Source of the DNA: an uncultured Pelagibacteraceae bacterium
GTDB taxonomy: Bacteria > Pseudomonadota > Alphaproteobacteria > Pelagibacterales > AG-422-B15
Length of the DNA: 64,000 nucleotides
Reading direction: 5' to 3'
NCBI GenBank assembly: GCA_902564025.1
Contig: CACEZK010000001.1
Location: forward strand, 69,819 to 133,818
Below are positions 39,979-48,595 of this stretch, piece after piece (within the stretch, counting starts at the first letter, position 1; every line of letters starts with the position of its first letter). The notes under the pieces were generated by a model. That model saw only the letters and a program-made list of their open reading frames with translations, was not told where the DNA came from and searched no databases. A program made the position numbers and the translations under genes.

Positions 39979-41069
39979 TCTACTTCCTTGGAGAGGAGTT
40001 TATATTTACTTTCGGCAGAGTCATGATCAATATACAGCCCTTGAAGCCACCGACTTCCTTCAGATGTATTGTAGCTTCGTCTTCCATGTAAAGTTCTGTA
40101 ATTATTCATAATTAATAAGTTACCAGGCTCTAAATGAAATTGTAATATATATTTATCTGAATTGATCATTTGATGCATAACTCTTTTAGCAGCATAAAAT
40201 TCTTCCAAAACCTTTGGCTCATCGTAAAATACAAAGTCTAATCTATTACTATATTTTATTTGTTTGAGTTCTCCTCTAGCACTTAATTTTATAATTTTTC
40301 CAGTTTTTTCTAAAATAGCATCATTATCTTCAAATTTATAATTTATTAGAGTATTTACTAGGATATTAAAAGCTTGTGGATTTTCTTTTTTTAGATCCTC
40401 TGCAACTTTGAAACCATCTACAACTGTAGAGTCTCCGCCTTTGCAACTGTTTTCAATACAAAATAAAAATTGAATTGATGGTACTGGTTTTCTGTAGGGA
40501 TTATCAGTATGCGACTCTAATTCGATGGATGTATAAGCCAAGTCATTAGGTTGTTTTTGTGACCTCACATTAAATAGCTTTCCAAAATTAGTTTCTCGAA
40601 TAAACCCAATTTTTTCAGCAAATTTTATAACTTCTCCATCCTTAGCTGGCAAATCTTCGACTACAACGTAACCATACTGATGATAAAATTTTAAAATTTC
40701 AAACAATTTCTGACTTTCGTTTGCTCCATAGGCAAAACTAAATTTTTTTAACTCAGCATCATTTTTATCCCAGTAAATCTTTGGCGGTAGGATATTTGAT
40801 CTTGTAATTTCTGTTATTAATTTATCTAAACAATAAGTTGCACTATGATTATCAGAAAATTCTACATGCATTTTGTTGTCTGCTAGTAGCTGAGCATTCT
40901 TTATTTGCAAATCTGGTTTAATCTTTTCAGGATCATATAATCTTTGAAAAGAATTTTGATCAACTTCCCCTTTTTCAGTTGATCGTTCCCGTATCCACAA
41001 GGGGTGTATTTTAAAAATTTCCTCTTTATCAAATACTCTTAATTCTTTTGAGTCAAAATCTAGCTTCAT
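39975..41069 (-). CDS. Fe(II)/2-oxoglutarate dioxygenase, gamma-butyrobetaine hydroxylase (BBOX)/TmpA-like
   Basis: 364 aa. HxD...H facial triad in 'ELESHTDNPY' and 'NYRTLHGRR', TauD-fold C-terminus 'RWLQGLYID' and an N-terminal DUF971-like domain. It is a paralogue of the ORF at 46404. Confidence 0.7.
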   Translation of the reverse strand: MKLDFDSKELRVFDKEEIFKIHPLWIRERSTEKGEVDQNSFQRLYDPEKIKPDLQIKNAQLLADNKMHVEFSDNHSATYCLDKLITEITRSNILPPKIYWDKNDAELKKFSFAYGANESQKLFEILKFYHQYGYVVVEDLPAKDGEVIKFAEKIGFIRETNFGKLFNVRSQKQPNDLAYTSIELESHTDNPYRKPVPSIQFLFCIENSCKGGDSTVVDGFKVAEDLKKENPQAFNILVNTLINYKFEDNDAILEKTGKIIKLSARGELKQIKYSNRLDFVFYDEPKVLEEFYAAKRVMHQMINSDKYILQFHLEPGNLLIMNNYRTLHGRRSYNTSEGSRWLQGLYIDHDSAESKYKLLSKEVE

Positions 41070-41085
41070 ATTTGAAAATATATGA

Positions 41086-43026
41086 TTAATAGTCTAATTC
41101 TTCAATATTTTCATATTCTGTGAGACATTCTGGATTTGCAAGAGCCTCCATATTTTTAACTTTTTTACCGTTTATAATATCTCTGACAGTCAATTCAGCT
41201 ATCTTACCGCTCCGAGTTCTTGGAATATCAGTAACTTGAATAATCTTTGCGGGCACATGTCTGATGGAGGTTGAATTTTTAATATTTTCCTTGATATCAA
41301 CAATTAATTTATCATTTAGATGACTTTTGGCTTTAAGGGTTATAAATAAAATAATTCTGACATCATCATTCCATTCTTGCCCAACCACAATCGATTCATT
41401 TATATCTTCTAGTTTTTCAACAGATCTATATATTTCTGCAGTACCAATTCTAATACCTCCAGGATTGAGAGTTGAGTCGGAGCGCCCAAAGATTATGAAA
41501 CCCTTATTTGCTGTTTTGATTGCATAGTCACCTTGTGTCCAAATATTGGGAAATTTTGAAAAATATGATTTTATATATTTTTCTTTATTAACATCATCCC
41601 AGAACCCAATTGGCATTGAAGGAATTGCCGATTTGCAGACCAGTTCTCCTTTTTGCTGAGTACTAACTCCATCTTCATTAAATATATCTACATCAACCCC
41701 TAAACATTCACATTGAATTTCTCCTGAAAAGACTGCGCCAGTTGGATCTCCTCCAACAAAACATGAAACAATATCAGTACCGCCACTAATAGAGGCTAAA
41801 TGTACGTCTTGCTTAATATTGCTATAAACATAATTAAAACTCTCACTAACTAGTGGTGATCCAGTGCTTAAAATTGTTTTTAGTTTTGATAGTTTATATT
41901 TATTTGAAATTTGAATTTGGCTATTTTTTAGCGCATCAATAAATTTTGCGCTTGTGCCAAAGCAAGTAATTTCCTCTTCTTCCGCCACTTTAAAAAGTGA
42001 GTCCTGATGTGGAAAAAAAGGAGACCCCTCATAAAGAACAACTGTTGCCTTTGAAGCAAGACCAGAAATAAGCCAATTCCACATCATCCATCCACAAGTA
42101 GTAAAATAGAAAAGCTTATCGTCTTCACAAATTTCACAGTGAAGTTGCTGTTCTTTCAAATGTTGGATTAATGGACCTCCGGTATTATGCACAATACATT
42201 TTGGTTTTCCAGTTGTACCGCTGGAATACAATATATACATTGGGTCATTAAACTGACATCTTTCAAAAGAGAGCTCATTCAATTCTTTATTATTTTCTTC
42301 AAAAAAATTTAATTTTTCATCGATAAAACGTTTGTCTTTTTGAGAATAATCAATGCATATGGACACTTCCAATGAATTGAGCTTACTCACAACATTTTTT
42401 ATTTTTTCTAAAATTTCAAATTTCTTTCCGCCATACATGTAGTTGCTGGAATAAAATAAAATTTTGGGCTCTATTTGACTAAACCTATCTAATATAGCCT
42501 GTTCACCAAAATCTGGTGAACAAGAAGACCATACCGCGCCAATTGAATTTACTGCAAGAAATGAAATCAATGTTTCCGCATTATTAGTTACAATGCCTAC
42601 AACTCTATCGCCTTTTTTAACACCGATGGATTTCAAATATTTTGCGACTAAATTTACTTTATGAATAACTTCTTCTTTGCCGTAATATTTTTTAAATCCA
42701 ATTTCATTTACATAGAGTATAGGAATAGAATTTAAATTATTAATGACATTTTCACTATAGCTAAGCTTTAAGTTTGGAAAAAATTTCTTGTCATAAATAT
42801 TTTCACTTTCACTAATAGCAGGGTTTTCATTGCCACTATAGTTTATATCTAAATAACTCAAAAGACTCGTCCAAAATAAATTAGGCTTTGCTATACTCCA
42901 GTTGAATAAGGAGTCATATTCATAATCAAAATTTATTGAGTAACTTTTTTTGAGATAACGATGGTATTTGATTAAGTTCGATTGTTTTCGTCTTTTTTCG
43001 GAGGCTTGCCACAGTAATTTTTCCAT
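41086..43026 (-). CDS. Acetoacetyl-CoA synthetase (acetoacetate--CoA ligase)
   Basis: 646 aa. N-terminal 'LLWQASEKRRKQSNL...SLFNWSIAKPNLFW' is typical of AACS. AMP-binding motif 'YSSGTTGKPKC'. Confidence 0.85.
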   Translation of the reverse strand: MEKLLWQASEKRRKQSNLIKYHRYLKKSYSINFDYEYDSLFNWSIAKPNLFWTSLLSYLDINYSGNENPAISESENIYDKKFFPNLKLSYSENVINNLNSIPILYVNEIGFKKYYGKEEVIHKVNLVAKYLKSIGVKKGDRVVGIVTNNAETLISFLAVNSIGAVWSSCSPDFGEQAILDRFSQIEPKILFYSSNYMYGGKKFEILEKIKNVVSKLNSLEVSICIDYSQKDKRFIDEKLNFFEENNKELNELSFERCQFNDPMYILYSSGTTGKPKCIVHNTGGPLIQHLKEQQLHCEICEDDKLFYFTTCGWMMWNWLISGLASKATVVLYEGSPFFPHQDSLFKVAEEEEITCFGTSAKFIDALKNSQIQISNKYKLSKLKTILSTGSPLVSESFNYVYSNIKQDVHLASISGGTDIVSCFVGGDPTGAVFSGEIQCECLGVDVDIFNEDGVSTQQKGELVCKSAIPSMPIGFWDDVNKEKYIKSYFSKFPNIWTQGDYAIKTANKGFIIFGRSDSTLNPGGIRIGTAEIYRSVEKLEDINESIVVGQEWNDDVRIILFITLKAKSHLNDKLIVDIKENIKNSTSIRHVPAKIIQVTDIPRTRSGKIAELTVRDIINGKKVKNMEALANPECLTEYENIEELDY

Positions 43027-43051
43027 AAATTTTACTGCTTTGAATTAAATT

Positions 43052-44476
43052 TTAAGCAATATGTAATGCTTTTGTTTCAAGATAATCTTCAAGCCCCATA
43101 TCACCACCTTCGCGGCCATTTCCTGACTCTTTATAACCGCCAAAAGGAGAGCCGTAGTTGTAACCGCCTCCATTTACATGAACACCGCCAGCTCTAAGTT
43201 GTCTTGAAACTCTCTCTGCTCTATCGTTGTCGCCTGTTTGTAAATATGCGGCAAGTCCGTAAGGCGTGTCATTAGCTATTTCAATGGCTTCTTTTTCATT
43301 TTCAAATGGAATTATTACAAGCACGGGGCCAAAGATCTCTTCTTGAGCTACTCGCATGCTGTTATTAACATTTACGAATATTGTTGGTTTAGTAAACCAA
43401 CCTTTTTCTAACCCGTCAGGTTTACCCAGTCCACCAACTAGCAGTTCGGCACCTTCATCTATACCTACCTGAATCATGTTTTGAACTCTATCAAATTGGA
43501 TTTTATCAAATAAAGGGCCTAGATGATCTCCATCCTCTTGTGGGTCTCCAACTTTTATTTGTTCAGCCGCCTTTTTTGCAATTGTAACGACTTCATCATA
43601 GCATTTTTTTTCAACCAGTAATCTGGTAGGAGCGTCACATGATTGGCCAGTGTTAAACATACATTCATTTACAGATGCGGTTACTTTTTCCTCAAGATCA
43701 CAATCCGCAAAAACTAAATTTGGTGACTTGCCTCCAAGCTCAAGTGTAACTTTTTTGACAGTTTCAGCAGACTCTATTGTAACCGACTTTCCGCCTCTTT
43801 TAGAGCCGGTAAACGACATCATCTCAATATCTGGATGTCTTGACATGGCTATGCCCACACCCTCGCCATCACCATGAACTAAATTGAAAACACCTGCAGG
43901 AACACCAGCTTTATCTAGTATTTCGGCATAAACCATTGCTGATAATGGCGTATGTTCTGATGGTTTTAAAATACAAGTACAGCCGGTTGCAATGACTGGC
44001 AAAACTTTTAATGTGATTTGATTTATTGGCCAATTCCATGGAGTGATTAGACCACATACTCCAATTGGTTCTTTTAATAAAATATCTGTATTGGATAACT
44101 CAATTTTTTCTTCATGTTTTTCTAATGCACTAATAAAACCATCCAAATGACCTATAGCTGCATCAGCCTGGGCTTCACGTGACATTTTTCTTGGTGCACC
44201 CATCTCCATTGTCATAGCATCAGCTAAGTCATCAAATCTTTTTTCTGAAATTTTTCGTATATTTTTCAAAATATTCATTCTCTCTTCTTTAGAAGTTTTT
44301 GAAAAACTCATAAATGCATTTTTAGCGGCCTTTACTGCGATATTTACATCTTCTTCATTACCTAATATGACTTCACCGATAACTTCCTCTGTAGCTGGAT
44401 TTACGACAGGCATTTTTTTACTAGATTGTGGCGCTACCCATTGACCATCAATATAAAATTTTTGTAGATTTTGCAT
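43052..44476 (-). CDS. NAD(P)-dependent aldehyde dehydrogenase (betaine-aldehyde / aminobutyraldehyde dehydrogenase-like)
   Basis: 474 aa. 'ITPWNWP', 'ELGGKSP', catalytic Cys 'NTGQSCDAPTR' and 'GGYKESGNGREGG'. Confidence 0.9.
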   Translation of the reverse strand: MQNLQKFYIDGQWVAPQSSKKMPVVNPATEEVIGEVILGNEEDVNIAVKAAKNAFMSFSKTSKEERMNILKNIRKISEKRFDDLADAMTMEMGAPRKMSREAQADAAIGHLDGFISALEKHEEKIELSNTDILLKEPIGVCGLITPWNWPINQITLKVLPVIATGCTCILKPSEHTPLSAMVYAEILDKAGVPAGVFNLVHGDGEGVGIAMSRHPDIEMMSFTGSKRGGKSVTIESAETVKKVTLELGGKSPNLVFADCDLEEKVTASVNECMFNTGQSCDAPTRLLVEKKCYDEVVTIAKKAAEQIKVGDPQEDGDHLGPLFDKIQFDRVQNMIQVGIDEGAELLVGGLGKPDGLEKGWFTKPTIFVNVNNSMRVAQEEIFGPVLVIIPFENEKEAIEIANDTPYGLAAYLQTGDNDRAERVSRQLRAGGVHVNGGGYNYGSPFGGYKESGNGREGGDMGLEDYLETKALHIA

Positions 44477-44491
44477 TTCAGATGATGATTA

Positions 44492-44505
44492 CATACTATA
44501 GTATG
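44492..44505. promoter_or_regulatory. Perfect 14-bp palindrome CATACTATAGTATG in the divergent promoter region (candidate operator)
   Basis: CATACTA (44492-44498) is the exact reverse complement of TAGTATG (44499-44505). It lies in the middle of the 68-bp spacer between the ALDH start (44476, minus) and the BKACE start (44545, plus). Confidence 0.3.
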
Positions 44506-44544
44506 GTAATTGTAAATTAATTTTTTTTCACTAGTAAAGGAAAT

Positions 44545-45429
44545 ATGAATAAAGACGTCATTATTTCATGTGCAGTTACTGGATCAGGAGATACGGTCAA
44601 CAAACATCCAAACATACCGGTAACCCCAGAGCAAATTGCTAATGCAGCGATTGAAGCAGCGTCAGCTGGAGCTGCCATAGCGCATATCCATGTCAGAGAT
44701 TTAAATACAGGAAAGGGATCAAGAGACGATGAGCTTTATAAAGAGGTTGTGAGCCGCATAAAAGATAGTGGTACAAATGTCATAATAAATCTTACCAGTG
44801 GTATGGGCGGTGATATAGAAATTGGACCTGAGGATGATCTATTAAAGTTTGGACCTAATACTGATTTTGTTAATGCAATTGAAAGACTAAGTCACGTTGA
44901 AGAAATATTACCAGATATATGTTCCCTTGATTGTGGAACTCTTAATTTTGGTGACGGCAACATGATTTATGTTAGTACTCCTGAACAATTAAGAATTGGT
45001 GCAAAAAGAATACAAGAATTAGGCATAAAACCTGAATTAGAAGTTTTTGATACAGGGCATATGTGGTTTGCAAATCAAATGTACGATGAGGGGTTGCTTG
45101 ACAGCCCTCCTCTATTTCAAATTTGTCTTGGCATTCCCTATGGGGCACCAGCTAATACCAGTTCAATGAAAAACATGGTAGACATGCTACCATCGGGCAG
45201 TAACTGGGCAGCTTTTGGAATTGGAGTTCATCAAATGCCGATGGTTGCTCAAGCGGTTCTCTTGGGCGGCAATGTTAGAGTTGGTCTTGAAGACAACTTA
45301 TATCTTGAAAAAGGCGTATACGCTTCAAATGGTCAACTTGTTGAAAAAGCGACAACAATAATTAGTAATCTAGGTGCTAATGTTATGGGGCCAGATGAAG
45401 CTAGAAAAAAACTTGGGCTTAAAGTTTGA
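44545..45429 (+). CDS. BKACE family (DUF849) beta-keto acid cleavage enzyme, candidate 3-dehydrocarnitine cleavage enzyme
   Basis: 294 aa. '[13 protein letters not shown]...[31 protein letters not shown]' is typical of 3-keto-5-aminohexanoate-cleavage-like TIM barrels. It is adjacent to carnitine dehydrogenase-like and BBOX genes. Confidence 0.8.
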   Translation: MNKDVIISCAVTGSGDTVNKHPNIPVTPEQIANAAIEAASAGAAIAHIHVRDLNTGKGSRDDELYKEVVSRIKDSGTNVIINLTSGMGGDIEIGPEDDLLKFGPNTDFVNAIERLSHVEEILPDICSLDCGTLNFGDGNMIYVSTPEQLRIGAKRIQELGIKPELEVFDTGHMWFANQMYDEGLLDSPPLFQICLGIPYGAPANTSSMKNMVDMLPSGSNWAAFGIGVHQMPMVAQAVLLGGNVRVGLEDNLYLEKGVYASNGQLVEKATTIISNLGANVMGPDEARKKLGLKV

Positions 45430-46400
45430 AAGAAAATAAAGTCATCACTATTGTAGGTACTGGAGTAATTGGTGCAGGCTGGGCTGCAAGATTTCTAGCT
45501 AAAGGTTATACTGTAAAAGCATATGACCCTAATAGTGTTTCACGTGAGCAGCTTAAAATAAATGTTCGAACTGCTTTTAAAAGCTTAAAGAAAATTGGTT
45601 TGAATAGAAATGCTTCATTAAGAAATCTTAAAGTCTATTCAAAATTACCTAGTGCTTTGAAAGATACAACTTTTGTTCAAGAGAATGCACCAGAAAACGA
45701 AAAGATTAAAAAAAATATACTCAAACAAATTGATAATTTAGTTGATAAGAGAGTTATAATTGCTTCTAGTTCGTCAGGCTTATTACCATCTAAAATTCAA
45801 TCGGCTTGTAAGTTTCCTGAGAGAGTTTTAATAGGACATCCATTTAATCCTGTATACTTATTACCACTGGTAGAGATTGTAGCTGGCAAGAAAACTACTC
45901 AAATAAGTGTTAAAAAATTAAAAAAATTATATGAACATGTTGGAATGCGACCACTTATTGTTCAAAAAGAAATAGAAGGATATATTTCAGACAGACTCCA
46001 AGAAGCACTGTGGCGTGAAGCCCTGCATATTATAAATGACGGGGTAGCATCAACGGATGAAGTTGATGATGCAATTGTTTATGGTCCTGGATTGAGATGG
46101 GCTTTTATGGGGGTTTGTTTAACGTTCCATTTAGCTGGTGGAGAAACTGGCATGAAACACATGCTGGAACAATTTGGTCCTGCACTGAAGCTTCCTTGGA
46201 CAAAATTGAAAGCGCCAGAACTGACTAACAAACTGAAAAAAGCAATGGTTTCAGGAACAAAAAAACAAGCTGGAAAATTCAATATTAAAGAACTAGAAAA
46301 ACAAAGAGATTTGTTTTTGATTGAAATTATGAAAACTTTAAATAAGAATCAAAAAGACAAGTTTCCTAATTGGAACAAGAAATATAATACATTTAAATAA
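45426..46400 (+). CDS. L-carnitine dehydrogenase-like 3-hydroxyacyl-CoA dehydrogenase family protein
   Basis: TTG start overlapping the BKACE TGA. Rossmann motif '[29 protein letters not shown]' and '[14 protein letters not shown]'. 324 aa with no extra C-terminal domain. Confidence 0.75.
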   Translation: MKENKVITIVGTGVIGAGWAARFLAKGYTVKAYDPNSVSREQLKINVRTAFKSLKKIGLNRNASLRNLKVYSKLPSALKDTTFVQENAPENEKIKKNILKQIDNLVDKRVIIASSSSGLLPSKIQSACKFPERVLIGHPFNPVYLLPLVEIVAGKKTTQISVKKLKKLYEHVGMRPLIVQKEIEGYISDRLQEALWREALHIINDGVASTDEVDDAIVYGPGLRWAFMGVCLTFHLAGGETGMKHMLEQFGPALKLPWTKLKAPELTNKLKKAMVSGTKKQAGKFNIKELEKQRDLFLIEIMKTLNKNQKDKFPNWNKKYNTFK

Positions 46401-46403
46401 AAT

Positions 46404-47546
46404 ATGAATGACAATTTAAGCATATTATCAGCAGAGAACAATGGGAAATCGATTATCGTTGAATGGAGTGATGGAGAAAAAAGTAAGTTTAATTTTTTAT
46501 GGTTGAGAGACAATTGCCCAGCTGAAGTGCATCCAACTGCAAGAGAGCGAACGTTCAACTTACTAACAGTTACGAAGGATATTCATCCAAAAAATCAAAA
46601 AATAAATAATAAGGGGGAGCTAGAGATTGAATGGAGTGAGGGTAATCATATAAGTTGCTATGATGTCGACTGGCTAAGACATAACTGCTATACCCTCAAA
46701 AATAAAAAAAAATATATTTCCCCTTACTTATTATGGGATCAACGTATGGAGTCAAAATTTGAAGATATTCAAATAGAATATGAAGAAATTATAAGTGGAG
46801 ATGACGGAATAAAAAAATGGCTTGAACAACTTCACTACAAAGGTATTTCCATAGTTAAAAATGCACCGACAGAGAAAGGGTCTGGATTTGATATACTTGC
46901 CAATATCAGTCACCATAGAGAAACTTTCTTTAAAACGCCATTTGAAGTTATAGATATTCCAAACCCAAATAATTCTGCATATACTGCAGCCGCATTAAGA
47001 AATCATTTAGACTTACCATACTATGAAATAGCGCCAGGATATCAATTCTTACATTGTCTGATTAACAATGCAACCGGGGGTGAATCTGTAGCTGTAGATG
47101 GATTTAGAGTTGCTAGCTATATGAAGAAAAATTTCCCAGACTATTTCAAGACTCTCTTAGAAACACCAGTGAAATTTGTGAATCAAGATTACACTTCAAA
47201 TGCGATAAGAGTAATGCATAAACCTATATTTTCTCTGGATCACAATGATGATTTTAATGACATAAGATTCAGCGTTGCTTATATGGGAGTTATGGACTGC
47301 GATCCTGACCAGATGGATAAGTTTTATGAAGCTTACCGGAAACTCATTGCCTTACTTCACGACCCTAAATTCGAAATAAACTTCAAACTTAAAGCTGGAG
47401 ACATATTCAGTTTTAATAATAGACGGGTACTTCATGGTCGAAAAGAGTACGATGCAAATTCTGGGGAAAGACATTTGCAGGGGTATTATATTGATCGAGA
47501 TGAAATAATAGGAAGATTAAACTTTTTGAACAATTTAAATCCTTAA
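46404..47546 (+). CDS. Gamma-butyrobetaine dioxygenase (BBOX)-like Fe(II)/2OG dioxygenase
   Basis: 380 aa. N-terminal DUF971-type 'FNFLWLRDNCPAEVHP', facial triad 'LRNHLDLPYY' and 'NRRVLHGRK', then 'RHLQGYYIDRDE'. Confidence 0.75.
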   Translation: MNDNLSILSAENNGKSIIVEWSDGEKSKFNFLWLRDNCPAEVHPTARERTFNLLTVTKDIHPKNQKINNKGELEIEWSEGNHISCYDVDWLRHNCYTLKNKKKYISPYLLWDQRMESKFEDIQIEYEEIISGDDGIKKWLEQLHYKGISIVKNAPTEKGSGFDILANISHHRETFFKTPFEVIDIPNPNNSAYTAAALRNHLDLPYYEIAPGYQFLHCLINNATGGESVAVDGFRVASYMKKNFPDYFKTLLETPVKFVNQDYTSNAIRVMHKPIFSLDHNDDFNDIRFSVAYMGVMDCDPDQMDKFYEAYRKLIALLHDPKFEINFKLKAGDIFSFNNRRVLHGRKEYDANSGERHLQGYYIDRDEIIGRLNFLNNLNP

Positions 47547-48595
47547 TTCTTTAAAATACCTGCAACATCAGTTCTAGAAATTAAGCCTATAAATTTATTA
47601 TCATCATCAAAAACATTTAAATCATTTTCACTTTCTAGAATTTTTGGTAAACAGCTCTCGATATTATCATTTGCTTTGACATAAGATTCAGAATTATTCT
47701 GAACTCCTGAAAAATTCATAATCGATCTTATTTTTAAGACCTTAGCTCGATTAACATCTTTAACAAAATTTTTGACATACTCATCAGCTGGATGCATTAG
47801 TATATCTTCGGCACTACCATCTTGAACAAGCTTTCCACCATTAAGTATTGAAATTCGATCACCTAATTTTAAGGCCTCATCAAGATCGTGAGTTATAAAC
47901 ATAATAGTTTTTTTTAAGTTTTTTTGTAATTCCAATAATTGGTCTTGCATATCTGTCCTTATTAATGGATCAAGGGCACTAAAAGCTTCATCCATCAACA
48001 GAATATCTGGATCTGTAGCCAGTGCTCTTGCTAAGCCAACTCTTTGTTGCATACCGCCTGATAACTGATTCGGAAACTTATATTCAAATCCGTTTAAGCC
48101 CACTTTATTAATCCAGAACATTGCTTTATCATTTGACACTGCTTTTTCTAGATTTTTTATACTGAGTCCAAATTTAACATTATCAATTATATTCTGATGA
48201 GGGAAAAGAGCAAATCTTTGAAATACCATGCCAGTTCTATTCCTTCTGAATTCAAGCAATTCAGATTTACTTAGTTTTGTTATCTCTTTATCATCAACTA
48301 ATACGCTGCCCTCTGTTGGTTCAATTAATCTATTTATATGCCTAATTAACGTAGATTTTCCTGATCCCGATAAACCCATCACAACTTGTATGGATTGATC
48401 TTCAACGTTTAAATTGATGTTATCCAAACCTAATACATGATTATATTTTGAGAGCAGTTCATCTTTTGACATGCCATCACGCACACTCGAAATATATTTC
48501 TTTGAATTATTTCCAAAAATTTTATAGAGATTGGTAATCTTGATCTTTGTCTTATTCACGGGAGCCTGACCTGTGTTGTTGCAATCTTTTCCCAA
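47543..48595 (-). CDS. proV: Glycine betaine/proline-type ABC transporter ATP-binding protein with C-terminal CBS pair
   Basis: Walker A 'GLSGSGKST', signature 'LSGGMQQRVGLARAL', Walker B 'LLMDEAFSALD' and a CBS-like tail. The track start overlaps proW by 44 nt. An in-frame GTG at 48559 (VNKTKIKITNLYKIFG) would cut the overlap to 8 nt, so the start is uncertain. Confidence 0.9.
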   Translation of the reverse strand: MGKDCNNTGQAPVNKTKIKITNLYKIFGNNSKKYISSVRDGMSKDELLSKYNHVLGLDNINLNVEDQSIQVVMGLSGSGKSTLIRHINRLIEPTEGSVLVDDKEITKLSKSELLEFRRNRTGMVFQRFALFPHQNIIDNVKFGLSIKNLEKAVSNDKAMFWINKVGLNGFEYKFPNQLSGGMQQRVGLARALATDPDILLMDEAFSALDPLIRTDMQDQLLELQKNLKKTIMFITHDLDEALKLGDRISILNGGKLVQDGSAEDILMHPADEYVKNFVKDVNRAKVLKIRSIMNFSGVQNNSESYVKANDNIESCLPKILESENDLNVFDDDNKFIGLISRTDVAGILKN

